Shown here: positions 49,788-59,364 of the stretch, one piece after another
How positions within the stretch are numbered: position 1 is the stretch's first letter
Layout of the letters: the number at the start of each line of letters is the position of its first letter
Source: Fibrobacteria bacterium
Lineage (GTDB): Bacteria; Fibrobacterota; Fibrobacteria; UBA11236
Reading direction: 5' to 3'
Length of the DNA stretch: 64,000 bases
NCBI GenBank assembly: GCA_050486505.1
Contig: JBJHDK010000002.1
Span: 15,277 to 79,276 of the forward strand
Notes under the pieces: generated by a model
Told to the model about the DNA's origin: nothing
What the model saw: the letters and a program-made list of their open reading frames with translations, nothing else
Databases searched by the model: none
Program-made: the position numbers and the translations under genes

Positions 49788-50443
49788 TGGCCATCCTGAA
49801 CTACGTCGAAAGCGAACTGCAGATCGAGAATGCGGTCTACGACCATATCCTCCCCGCCGGCGAAGGCTGGATGCACCGCATCCTGAAGGGGCAGACGTTT
49901 CGCATCACCGACCTCGAAGGGAACCAGGCGGTCGACACCCTGTTCTACAACGCCGCCGCTCCCGAGGAACGCTACGATGCCACGGAAACCCTCCTCGCCC
50001 AGGGCAACCTGTTCCTCTCCACGGGAACCCGCCTGATGTCAACGGAAGGAAACGCCCTGCTGGTCATCACGGCCGACACCTGCGGGCGGCACGACACCCT
50101 CGGCGGCGCCTGCTCCGCCGAAAGCAACTCGGTGCGCTACGCGCTGGACAAGCGCCACATGCACAGCTGCCGCGACACCTTCCTGCTGGAGCTGGGCCGC
50201 TGCGACCATGCGCATCACCCCTGGGGAAAACGGGACATCTCCCACAACATCAACTTCTTCATGAACGTGCCCGTGACTCCCGAAGGCGCCCTCACCTTCG
50301 CAGACGGCGTGTCGGAACCGGGCAAGTACGTCGAGATGCGCGCCGAGATGGACGTGATCGCGTTGATCTCGAATTGCCCGCAACTGAACAACCCCTGCAA
50401 TGCCTACAACCCCACGCCCGTGAGGCTGACGGTATGGAATTGA
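49787..50443 (+). CDS. cgdB: DUF1989 protein, carboxyguanidine deiminase subunit (UAAP2-like)
   Basis: [44 protein letters not shown]. Confidence 0.87.
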   Translation: MAILNYVESELQIENAVYDHILPAGEGWMHRILKGQTFRITDLEGNQAVDTLFYNAAAPEERYDATETLLAQGNLFLSTGTRLMSTEGNALLVITADTCGRHDTLGGACSAESNSVRYALDKRHMHSCRDTFLLELGRCDHAHHPWGKRDISHNINFFMNVPVTPEGALTFADGVSEPGKYVEMRAEMDVIALISNCPQLNNPCNAYNPTPVRLTVWN

Positions 50444-53400
50444 CGCCCGACACGGGATCGCCGCGACCGGTGCCTGTACGGGCCGTGTTGATCGCCAACC
50501 GCGGTGCGATCGCGCGGCGCGTGGCGCGCACCCTGAAGCGGTTGGGGGTTCGCTCCGTCGTCGTGCACTCCGATGCGGACCGGGGATCCTTGCACGTCAC
50601 CGATGCGGACGAAGCCGTCCCGCTGGGAGGGTCTCGCCCGGCGGAGTCCTACCTCCGCACGGAGAAAATCCTGGAAGCCGCGAAGCGAACCGGCGCGGAA
50701 GCCATCCACCCCGGTTACGGATTCCTCAGCGAGAACGCGGACTTCGCCGAAGCCTGCGAGCACGCGGGCATCACCTTCATCGGCCCCACTCCGGAACAGA
50801 TGCGCGCCTTCGGCCTCAAGCACACCGCGCGCGAACTCGCGGCCCGCCACAACGTCCCCCTCACTCCCGGCAGCAGCCTGCTCGCGGATGCGCGGGAAGC
50901 CCTGAAGGAAGCGGACCGCATCGGGTACCCCGTCATGCTCAAAAGCACCGCGGGCGGAGGCGGTATCGGCATGCGGCTCTGCCGCGACGCGAAGGAACTT
51001 GAAGCCGCGTGGGACAGCGTCGAGCGCCTGGCCACGGCCAACTTCGGACACGCGGGCGCCTACGTCGAGCGCTTCGTCGAATGCGGGCGGCACGTCGAGG
51101 TGCAAATCGCGGGCGACGGAACCGGAGCCGTCATCGCCGTCGGCGATCGCGACTGCTCGGCGCAGCGCCGACACCAGAAGGTGATCGAGGAAGCTCCCGC
51201 CCCCGACATCCCCGACGCCATCCGTGCGGAACTGCACGCCTGCGCCGTGCGCCTGTGCGCCGCCGTGAAGTACCGCTCGGTGGGGACGGTGGAGTTTCTC
51301 TACGACGCCGCGCGCGAGGAGTTCTACTTCCTCGAGGTGAACACGCGCCTGCAGGTCGAACACGGCGTCACCGAGGAAGTCACGGGCATCGATCTCGTGG
51401 AGTGGATGGTCCGATTGGCTATGGGGGAGCCTCTGTCCTCCGTGGCCGGCCCGCTGGAGTCGTGGCCGCGCGTTCCCGAGGGGCACTCGATGCAGGCCCG
51501 CGTGTACGCGGAAAACCCGGTCGCGGACTTCCGCCCCTCCACCGGTGTTCTTTCCCGCGCCGACTTTCCCGCCATCCGCGACATCGCGCGCGTGGAGACC
51601 TGGGTCGAGCGCGGCACCGAGGTCACCGCGCTGTACGACCCGATGCTGGCGAAGATCATCACGCGCGGTGCGGATCGCGAGGACGCGCGCCAACGCCTGC
51701 TCGACGCGCTCGACCTCACCGCGCTCGAAGGTCTTGTCACCAACGTCGATTACCTCGCCGCGGTCGCCTCATCGCAGGAGTTTGCGCGCGGCGCGGTGGA
51801 CACGGGGTTCCTTGGACGTTTCACCTACGGCCCGGGAGCCCTCGAAATCCTGGAGGCCGGCGCGCACACCACCGTGCAGGACTGGCCGGGCCGCACCGGC
51901 TACTGGGACGTGGGCGTGCCGCCCTCCGGGCCGATGGACGCGCTCTCCTTCCGCATCGGCAACGCCCTGCTCGGGAACCCTCCCGACGCGGCCGGGATCG
52001 AATACACCTTCACCGGCCCGGCCTTGCGCTTTCACGCGGACACGACCGTGTGCCTCACCGGCGGAGACCTGCCCGCCACCCTGGAAGGACGCCCCGTCGC
52101 TTGCTGGCAGCCTTTCCCCGTGCGCGCAGGACAAGTCCTGCGCATCGGCGCCTGCGCGGGTGCCGGTCTGCGCGGCTACCTCTGCGTGCGCGGCGGCATC
52201 GAGGCCACGCCCTATCTCGGCAGCCGCGCCACCTTCGACCTCGGCCGCTTCGGCGGGCCCTTCGGGCGGGCGTTGCTGCCTGGGGATGTGGTGCACGTCG
52301 GTATGGGCGACCCGCAGGTCGCCCATACAGGGGGTGACCGCACCCCGCCCGCCCCTCCGGCTTCACCGGTGTCCATGGCGCGCCATTGGGACATCGGTGT
52401 GCTCTACGGCCCGCACGGCGCGCCCGACTTCTTCGCGCAGGACGACATCGAAACGCTGTTCTCCGCGACCTACACCGTGCACCACAACAGCAGCCGCACG
52501 GGCGTGCGGCTCAAGGGGCCGAAACCCGAATGGGCCCGCGCCGACGGCGGCGAGGCGGGACTGCACCCGTCCAACATCCACGACAACGCCTACGCCGTGG
52601 GCGCGATCGACTTCACCGGCGACATGCCGATTTTGCTCGGCCCCGACGGGCCCAGTCTCGGAGGATTCGTCTGTCCCGCCGTCACGGCACAGGCCGAGCT
52701 GTGGAAGCTGGGCCAACTGCGCCCCGGCGACACGGTGCGTTTCCATCGCTGGGACGCCGCCCACGCCGCCGCCGCGCTGGAGCAGCAGGAGCACGTGATC
52801 GCGACCATCGCGACAACGGGAGCCATTCCGGAGGAACGCGCGGCGGTGTCGCTCGCCTTCGGCGCCCTGCGCGCGTCCGTCTTCGACCCCGACGCGGCGG
52901 TGCTGGAGCGCGTCGCGGCGCGGGGTGCGCACCCGGGGCTGTGCCTGCGCCGCCAGGGCGACGCGCACCTGCTCGTCGAATACGGGCCGCTGGAGCTCGA
53001 CCTGACCTTGCGCGCCCGCGTGCAGGCCCTGCTCGAAGCCTTGGCCGCGGGGAGCACCCCCGGAATCCTCGAATGCACGCCAGGAATCCGGTCGCTGCAA
53101 ATCCATTTCGACCCGCGCCGCCTTCCGCTCACGCGCCTGATCGACCTCGTGCTCGAACTCGACGCGGCCCTGCCGCCTGCGGACGCATTGCGCTTCCCGT
53201 CGCGCATCGTGCACATGCCCCTGAGCTGGGACGACGAGGCCATTCATCGCGTCATCGAGCGCTACATGACCGCGGTGCGCGCCGACGCGCCCTGGTGCCC
53301 GAGCAACATCGAGTTCATCCGCCGCATCAACGGCCTCGGTTCAATCGAGGACGTGAAGCGCATCGTGTTCGATGCATCCTATCTCGTGCTCGGACTCGGC

Positions 53401-54156
53401 GACGTGTATCTCGGCGCGCCGGTCGCCACGCCGCTGGATCCGCGCCATCGCCTCGTCACCACCAAGTACAATCCGGCCCGCACCTGGACGGTGGACAACG
53501 TGGTGGGGATCGGGGGGGCCTATATGTGCGTCTACGGCATGGAGGGGCCCGGAGGCTATCAACTCTTCGGACGGACCTGCCAGGTGTGGAACACGCACCG
53601 CGTCACGCGCGACTTCGCGCAGGACAAACCCTGGCTGCTGCGCTTCTTCGACCAGATCCGTTTTTATCCCGTGTCGTACGCGGAGTTGATGGACTTCCGC
53701 GAGGACTTCCTGCTTGGGCGCGCATCCCTGAAGACAGAAGACACGACCTTCGATCTCGGAGAGTACTCGCGTTTTCTCGAGGAGAACGACGTCGAGATCG
53801 CCGCGTTCCGCGCGACGCAACGGCAAGCCTTCGCCGAGGAGCGCGCCCGCTGGGAAGAAGCGGGCCTGGCGACGGTGGAGGAGCGCGAGGACGATGCTCC
53901 CGCCGAAGACGCCGTGATCCCGGAAGGCTGCGCCGGAGTGGCGGCTCCCATCGCGGGCAACGTGCTGCGCGTGCTCGTGGAGGAAGGCGACGTCGTGGAG
54001 GCGGGGCAATCCGTGGCCGTGCTCGAAAGCATGAAGATGGAGTTTCCCGCGCCGGCGCCCGTGGGCGGAACGGTGCGCACCCTGCGCTGCAAGCCCGGCG
54101 GCATGGCGCAGGCGGGGCAGGTGTTGATGGTGGTGGAGAGGAGAACCGAAAAATGA
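50434..54156 (+). CDS. uca: Urea/guanidine carboxylase (biotin-dependent)
   Basis: IANRG biotin carboxylase, [44 protein letters not shown] biotin-attachment site. Confidence 0.96.
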   Translation: MELTPDTGSPRPVPVRAVLIANRGAIARRVARTLKRLGVRSVVVHSDADRGSLHVTDADEAVPLGGSRPAESYLRTEKILEAAKRTGAEAIHPGYGFLSENADFAEACEHAGITFIGPTPEQMRAFGLKHTARELAARHNVPLTPGSSLLADAREALKEADRIGYPVMLKSTAGGGGIGMRLCRDAKELEAAWDSVERLATANFGHAGAYVERFVECGRHVEVQIAGDGTGAVIAVGDRDCSAQRRHQKVIEEAPAPDIPDAIRAELHACAVRLCAAVKYRSVGTVEFLYDAAREEFYFLEVNTRLQVEHGVTEEVTGIDLVEWMVRLAMGEPLSSVAGPLESWPRVPEGHSMQARVYAENPVADFRPSTGVLSRADFPAIRDIARVETWVERGTEVTALYDPMLAKIITRGADREDARQRLLDALDLTALEGLVTNVDYLAAVASSQEFARGAVDTGFLGRFTYGPGALEILEAGAHTTVQDWPGRTGYWDVGVPPSGPMDALSFRIGNALLGNPPDAAGIEYTFTGPALRFHADTTVCLTGGDLPATLEGRPVACWQPFPVRAGQVLRIGACAGAGLRGYLCVRGGIEATPYLGSRATFDLGRFGGPFGRALLPGDVVHVGMGDPQVAHTGGDRTPPAPPASPVSMARHWDIGVLYGPHGAPDFFAQDDIETLFSATYTVHHNSSRTGVRLKGPKPEWARADGGEAGLHPSNIHDNAYAVGAIDFTGDMPILLGPDGPSLGGFVCPAVTAQAELWKLGQLRPGDTVRFHRWDAAHAAAALEQQEHVIATIATTGAIPEERAAVSLAFGALRASVFDPDAAVLERVAARGAHPGLCLRRQGDAHLLVEYGPLELDLTLRARVQALLEALAAGSTPGILECTPGIRSLQIHFDPRRLPLTRLIDLVLELDAALPPADALRFPSRIVHMPLSWDDEAIHRVIERYMTAVRADAPWCPSNIEFIRRINGLGSIEDVKRIVFDASYLVLGLGDVYLGAPVATPLDPRHRLVTTKYNPARTWTVDNVVGIGGAYMCVYGMEGPGGYQLFGRTCQVWNTHRVTRDFAQDKPWLLRFFDQIRFYPVSYAELMDFREDFLLGRASLKTEDTTFDLGEYSRFLEENDVEIAAFRATQRQAFAEERARWEEAGLATVEEREDDAPAEDAVIPEGCAGVAAPIAGNVLRVLVEEGDVVEAGQSVAVLESMKMEFPAPAPVGGTVRTLRCKPGGMAQAGQVLMVVERRTEK
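52301..52328. repeat. REP-like palindrome inside uca
   Basis: GTATGGGCGACC-CGCA-GGTCGCCCATAC with perfect 12-bp arms. Confidence 0.8.
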
Positions 54157-54222
54157 GAAGGGGGAGGTGGGGAGGGAGAAAAGGGAGGCGTCACAGAACC
54201 TGTCAATCAGATGAACAAATGA

Positions 54223-54323
54223 CGTCACCCCCGCGAAGGCGGGGGTCCAGCCAGCGAAGGAACGTCCCCCATGGGTCTTGTCAATCCCCTGCTGACTGGA
54301 TGCCCGCCTTCGCGGGCATGACG
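54223..54323. repeat. Inverted dimer of CGTC-type REP-like repeats
   Basis: CGTCACCCCCGCGAAGGCGGGGGTCCAG ... CTGGATGCCCGCCTTCGCGGGCATGACG. Confidence 0.85.
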
Positions 54324-54355
54324 ACGTCCCTTTCTCGAACAGGAGTACGAGTACG

Positions 54356-56218
54356 ATGAACATCCCCCGCATCGTGGAACTCCGTGACCTCTACGTGTCC
54401 GGCTCCGTCACCGTGCCGGAAGTCGCGGCGCGGGTCCTGGAACTGTCCGGCCGCCCGGAACACAAGGAAGCATGGATCCACCGCGTCCCCGAACAGGTTT
54501 TGATGGCGGAGGCGACCCGCCTCCAGTCCCTTCCCGAATCCGCGCGGCAAAAGCTTCCGCTGTTCGGGGTTCCTTTCGCGGTCAAGGACAACATCGACGT
54601 CGCGGGTGCGCCCACCACGGCCGCCTGTCGGGACTTCGCGCGCATGCCGGAAGCCTCCGCGCCTGCGGTGCAGCGCCTGCTCGACGCGGGCGCGCTCTTC
54701 GTCGGCAAGACCAACATGGATCAATTCGCGACCGGCCTGGTCGGAACCCGCAGCCCCTACGGGGAGTGCCGCAACCCGTTCGACCCGGAGTACATCACCG
54801 GCGGATCCAGCTCGGGATCGGCGCTGGCCGTCGCCACGGGCATGGTGTCGTTCGCCCTCGGCACCGACACCGCCGGATCGGGGCGCGTTCCTGCCGCCTT
54901 CTGCAACCTCGTCGGCGTCAAGCCCACGCGCGGCCGCGTCGGTACGCGCGGCGTGGTGCCCGCATGCCCGAGCCTCGATTGCGTCACGGTCTTCGCGCGC
55001 GAAGCGGCGGACGCGTATGCCGTGTTACGCGTGATGGATGGTTTCGACGCGGACGATCCGTGGTCGCGAAGGATTCCGGACAAACCACCGGAAAGCGCTC
55101 CCGGTCACTCCGCGATCACGACGGGATTCCGGTTCGGGGTTCCGCTGCGCGGCCAGCTCGACTTTGAGGGGGACTCCGCATACGAGGCCCTCTACGGGGA
55201 AGTCGTCGAGACGATGCGCGCGCGCGGCGGAACTCCCGTGCCGGTGGACATCGAACCCCTGCTCGCTTGCGCGCGCCTCCTCTACACCGGGCCCTGGCTG
55301 GCGGAGCGCGCCGAAGCGATCATGGGCCCGGGAACCTTCGGAGCGAAGCACCCGAAGGCGTTGCTTCCGCTGTTGCGCGAGATCCTCGCGCCCGCACCCG
55401 CGCTCTCCGCGATGGACGCCTTCCGCGGCTTCGGGGAACTCGCGCGCCTGCGTCGCGCCGCAGAACCCCTGTGGGACGCGACGGATTTTCTCCTGATGCC
55501 CACGGCGCCCACGATTTTCACGCGGGCGCAGATCGCGGAAGACCCCGTCGGGCGCAACGCGATCCTGGGCCGCTGGACCAACTTCGTCAACCTCATGGAC
55601 CTCTGCGCCGTCGCGCTGCCCGCCGGGTTTCGTCCCGACGGGCTGCCCTTCGGCATCACCTTGATGGCGCCCGCATGGCATGATGATACGTTGGGAGACG
55701 TGGCGGCCCTGTGGGAGGGGCGTGTCGGTGTCGTAAGGGCGACCCCGTCACCCCGGCGAAGGCCGGGGGGGGCGCCCTTACAGGGGCACACGCCCCGCAC
55801 ATCCCTGCTCGTCTTCGGATTGCACATGACGGATCAGCCGTTGAACCATGAACTGACCGCGCTCGGCGCGCGGCTGGAAGGAACAGTACGCACCTCGCCG
55901 CACTATCGCATGGCCCTGCTGCGCCGTGGAGAAAAACGATTGCCCGGTGTATGGCGCCAACCCGGTGCGACCGGAATTTCGCTGGAGGGCGAAGTGTGGT
56001 CGTTGCCGCAGGACAAGGTCGGCGCGTTTTTCACGCGCGTGCTTCCACCGCTTTGCCTGGGTTCCGTCGAACTGGAAGACGGCGCCTGGGTGAAGGGGTT
56101 TCTTGCCGAGTCATCCGCGTGTTCGACTGCCGAAGACATCAGCCGCTTCGGGGGGTGGCGCGGCTGGATCGATTCCACAGGAATGTATGGGCGACCCGCT
56201 GGGTCGCCCGCGACATAA
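54356..56218 (+). CDS. atzF: Allophanate hydrolase
   Basis: [57 protein letters not shown]-terminal domain ending DISRFGGWR. Confidence 0.95.
   Translation: MNIPRIVELRDLYVSGSVTVPEVAARVLELSGRPEHKEAWIHRVPEQVLMAEATRLQSLPESARQKLPLFGVPFAVKDNIDVAGAPTTAACRDFARMPEASAPAVQRLLDAGALFVGKTNMDQFATGLVGTRSPYGECRNPFDPEYITGGSSSGSALAVATGMVSFALGTDTAGSGRVPAAFCNLVGVKPTRGRVGTRGVVPACPSLDCVTVFAREAADAYAVLRVMDGFDADDPWSRRIPDKPPESAPGHSAITTGFRFGVPLRGQLDFEGDSAYEALYGEVVETMRARGGTPVPVDIEPLLACARLLYTGPWLAERAEAIMGPGTFGAKHPKALLPLLREILAPAPALSAMDAFRGFGELARLRRAAEPLWDATDFLLMPTAPTIFTRAQIAEDPVGRNAILGRWTNFVNLMDLCAVALPAGFRPDGLPFGITLMAPAWHDDTLGDVAALWEGRVGVVRATPSPRRRPGGAPLQGHTPRTSLLVFGLHMTDQPLNHELTALGARLEGTVRTSPHYRMALLRRGEKRLPGVWRQPGATGISLEGEVWSLPQDKVGAFFTRVLPPLCLGSVELEDGAWVKGFLAESSACSTAEDISRFGGWRGWIDSTGMYGRPAGSPAT
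55733..55781. repeat. 49-bp composite palindromic element inside atzF
   Basis: GTAAGGGCGACCCCGTCACCCCGGCGAAGGCCGGGGGGGGCGCCCTTAC; inverted near-copy of 30907-30955. Confidence 0.85.
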
Positions 56219-56248
56219 CCAAAAAAACGACCCGCTGGGTCGCCCGCG
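56185..56248. repeat. REP-like palindrome overlapping the atzF 3' end, plus a partial tandem copy
   Basis: GTATGGGCGACCCGCTGGGTCGCCCGCGAC, then CGACCCGCTGGGTCGCCCGCG again at 56228. Confidence 0.78.
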
Positions 56249-56353
56249 CCCTGATGGCCCGCACGGCGCACCAACCACACGGGATACCTCCAACCCCAAA
56301 CAGCGCGGCGATCACATTGCCCGCCCCCCGCTCCTTTTCTACCCTGCCTCTCC

Positions 56354-56917
56354 ATGAAAATCCTTGTGCTGCAGGCCATCGAAGAAGAACGCTTTCCGCT
56401 CGCCCTCGGGGAACACGCGCTGGCGCACATCACCAGCGGCATGGGCAAGGTCAACGCGTCCATGGCCGCCACCCACGGAATCTTCGAGCAGTCTCCGGAC
56501 CTGGTCCTGAACATCGGCACCTGCGCCGCCATCGAGCACAAGGTCGGGGACATCTTTGTGTGCCGCGAGTTCGTGGACCGCGACCTCGCCAAGGTCTCCG
56601 GACTGGGGCTCGCCTCGGAGTACGGGTTCCACGACGAGCTGGCCGAGCGCGGCTACTGCCGCGACTGGCGGGAACAGGGAGTGTGCAACACGGGCGACTC
56701 TTTCCTGACCGAGCTCATCGATGCGAAGGGAGACTGCTTCGACATGGAGGCCTTCGCCATCGCGCAGGTTTGCAAGGCGCGGCGCGTGCCCTTTCTTTCC
56801 GTCAAGTATGTCACCGATATCATCGGGAATAACTCGGTGGAACACTGGAAGGAGAAGCTCGCGCATGCGCGCGAGGATCTCGAAAAGTTCTTCGCCACGC
56901 GCCCGGCGATCGCCTGA
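56354..56917 (+). CDS. MTA/SAH nucleosidase-like (PNP_UDP family) protein
   Basis: SGMGKVNA, LNIGT, TGDSF, DMEAFAIAQVC, SVKYVTD. Confidence 0.88.
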   Translation: MKILVLQAIEEERFPLALGEHALAHITSGMGKVNASMAATHGIFEQSPDLVLNIGTCAAIEHKVGDIFVCREFVDRDLAKVSGLGLASEYGFHDELAERGYCRDWREQGVCNTGDSFLTELIDAKGDCFDMEAFAIAQVCKARRVPFLSVKYVTDIIGNNSVEHWKEKLAHAREDLEKFFATRPAIA

Positions 56918-56931
56918 CCCGGCCCACCACC

Positions 56932-57414
56932 ATGAACGCGCAATCCTGGATCGAGCAACTCGGCCTCACGCCCCACCCCGAGGGCGGATTCTTCGCGGAA
57001 ACCTATCGGGCCTCCTTTCAGGTCGGATCGCCGGCGGGACGCATGACGGGCGCGTGCACGTCGATTCACTACCTGCTGCAAGACGCGGACTTCTCGGGCT
57101 TCCACCGCCTGGGGTACCCCGAGCTGTGGTATTTCCACGCAGGATCCCCCCTTCACATCCATTGTATTGATGATGCGGGGAATTATTCCTTGCACACGCT
57201 GGGTGGGGACGGTTCCGGAAGCTCCCTGTCGCTCGCGATCGAGCCGGGCATCTGGTTCGCCGCGGAGCTTCCCTCGAAGTCGGGGTTCTCGCTGGTGAGC
57301 TGCGCGGTCGCGCCGGCGTTCGACTTCTCCGTGTTCGAGATGGCGAAGCGGGAGGAGATGCTGAAGGAGTTTCCGCAGCACGCGGAAATCCTGCAGAGGC
57401 TGTGCAGGGACTAG
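56932..57414 (+). CDS. Cupin_5 (DUF985) protein
   Basis: LTPHPEGGFFAET, TSIHYLL, FHRL...ELWYFHAG, LVSCAVAPAFDF..FE. Confidence 0.92.
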   Translation: MNAQSWIEQLGLTPHPEGGFFAETYRASFQVGSPAGRMTGACTSIHYLLQDADFSGFHRLGYPELWYFHAGSPLHIHCIDDAGNYSLHTLGGDGSGSSLSLAIEPGIWFAAELPSKSGFSLVSCAVAPAFDFSVFEMAKREEMLKEFPQHAEILQRLCRD

Positions 57415-58586
57415 GGCGTCGTCGCCTTGACCTCATAAACATTCGCCCGCACCGAGATCGCTCCGTTGTCGAGGAACATGCCGCGCACCGGCTTGAACCA
57501 GATGTCTTTTTCGAACGCCGGATCCGGGAACAACATGCACACGCGGCTTCCGGGGCAGCGCATCTTCAGGAAATACCCGAAGTCGGCATAGAGTTTGTGG
57601 ATCGCCGCATCGGACTTTCCCGCCTCGCCCTCGCCCGCACCCACGCGCTCGCCGTAGGGCGGGTTGGTCACGATCACCGCATCGGGGAATTGCCCTTCCA
57701 CCGTGCGGAAATCGCCGAGCGACACGGGAATCGCCCCCGCCCACGGTGTCGTCGCGATGTTCGCGCGCGCGGCCTTGACTGCCTTGGCGGAGATGTCGAG
57801 CCCGCCGATCTGCCCGGGAGTGAGCGGAAGGATCGCCGCGTCGAATTCCGCCTTGATCCGGTTCCACGTTTCCGCGTCGAAGTCGGGCAACGCCTCGAAG
57901 CCCTGCCGCGCGCGAAACCACCCCGCGGGAGTGCGCGTCGCCAGCATCGCAGCCTCGAGCAGGATCGTGCCGCTGCCGCAGAGGAAGTCGCGCAGGGGTT
58001 CCCGCTTTTCGATCGGATCCCACTTCACGAGGCGCAGCATCGCCGCCGCAAGGTTCTCCTTGAGGGGAGCCTCCACGGCATTCTCACGATAACCGCGCCG
58101 GTGCATCACCCCTGTCGAGTAGGACAGGCTGATGGTGGCACGATCGCGATGCAGGTGCAGGTGCAACCGCACATCGGGGTCGTCCTTGTCCACATCGGGG
58201 CGCTCGCCGCGCACCTCGCGGATGGAGTCGGCCACGGCATCCTTGAACTTGAGCGCGGCGTATTGGCTGTGCGTGATCGTGGAGTCGGCGACCGAGGCCG
58301 TGATTTTGAAGGTGCGGCCGGGGCGAATGATTGCATCCCAGTTGTACGCGGCGGCGTTTTCGTACAAGGCCTCTTCGTCAGGGCAGTCGAAGGTTCCCAG
58401 GGGACGCAATACGCGTGAAGCCAGGCGCGAAGCATACACGACGCGATAGACCTCCTCGCGGCTCAGCTCCGCCTCGACCCCAAGATGCACGGCGCGCGCG
58501 TTTTCCACACCGAGCTCCTTGAGCTCGGTGAGCAGCATCTGCTCCAGGTTACGCGCGCAGGCGACGAAGAAAAGGTGGCGGGACAT
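57411..58586 (-). CDS. THUMP-domain SAM-dependent RNA methyltransferase (RlmL-like)
   Basis: KDAVAD, MHRRGYR, APLKENLAAAML, DFLCGSGTI, TNPPYGER. Confidence 0.92.
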   Translation of the reverse strand: MSRHLFFVACARNLEQMLLTELKELGVENARAVHLGVEAELSREEVYRVVYASRLASRVLRPLGTFDCPDEEALYENAAAYNWDAIIRPGRTFKITASVADSTITHSQYAALKFKDAVADSIREVRGERPDVDKDDPDVRLHLHLHRDRATISLSYSTGVMHRRGYRENAVEAPLKENLAAAMLRLVKWDPIEKREPLRDFLCGSGTILLEAAMLATRTPAGWFRARQGFEALPDFDAETWNRIKAEFDAAILPLTPGQIGGLDISAKAVKAARANIATTPWAGAIPVSLGDFRTVEGQFPDAVIVTNPPYGERVGAGEGEAGKSDAAIHKLYADFGYFLKMRCPGSRVCMLFPDPAFEKDIWFKPVRGMFLDNGAISVRANVYEVKATTP

Positions 58587-58613
58587 GGGGAGGGGCTCCG
58601 GAGACAAAAAAGC

Positions 58614-58685
58614 GAACAGCTTACAGCTGACAGCAGCACATAAAACAAAGAACCGATTGGGGAAAAGTGCTGTTAGCTGTTAGCT
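58614..58685. repeat. Inverted pair of short heptamer arrays
   Basis: GAACAGC TTACAGC TGACAGC ... GCTGTTA GCTGTTA GCT. Confidence 0.6.
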
Positions 58686-58693
58686 CTTCGCGG

Positions 58694-59068
58694 TCAATAC
58701 ATCCCTCGTTGAATGATCACCAACTCCGGCTCCTTCGGTTTCTCGGCACGCGGCTTTCTCTCTCCTTGCGCCTGGCCGTTTCCATTCCGTTGCCCGTTCT
58801 GACCGTTCTGTTTCTGGGCGCCCTCTTCCTTGGGACGGGCTTCACGCACGTTGATCGTGCGTCCCATCAGGTCAAACCCCGCCAACGCCTCGACGGCCTT
58901 GCGCCCCTCTTCCTCGTTCGGCATCTCGACGAAACCGAATCCGCGGGAGCGGCCCGAAAGCCTGTCACGAATGATGCGGGCCGACTCCACAGTGCCGTGG
59001 GCGGCAAAAGCTTCCTGCAATGCCTCATCGGTGGCCGTGTACGAAATATTGCTGACGTAGATGTTCAT
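58694..59068 (-). CDS. RRM RNA-binding protein, second copy
   Basis: IYVSNI, RGFGFVEM, INVREARP; Q/N/G-rich tail. Confidence 0.93.
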   Translation of the reverse strand: MNIYVSNISYTATDEALQEAFAAHGTVESARIIRDRLSGRSRGFGFVEMPNEEEGRKAVEALAGFDLMGRTINVREARPKEEGAQKQNGQNGQRNGNGQAQGERKPRAEKPKEPELVIIQRGMY

Positions 59069-59364
59069 CCATGTTTCCTTGTTGGGAACTTGACCGTGAG
59101 GATTATGGGGGACCGGGGCGGCCTCTCATGGGCCCCGGAAAAGCACGAAAAACACTGAAATCAATCCGAACGGGTGCCTCAAATATAATCCGGTTGCGGG
59201 GGTTGCAGAGATTCTTTCCGGCCGCAAACGACCTTTTGAGGGGCTGCATCCCCCTTTCCCCGATGCTTTCCTGACACGTTTTTCGTGCAGATTGGGTACT
59301 TTTACCCGTCCCGCGCAATGCCGCGTCCAGGATTCGTTTCACCTTTTTCCCGCAAGCTCGCACC

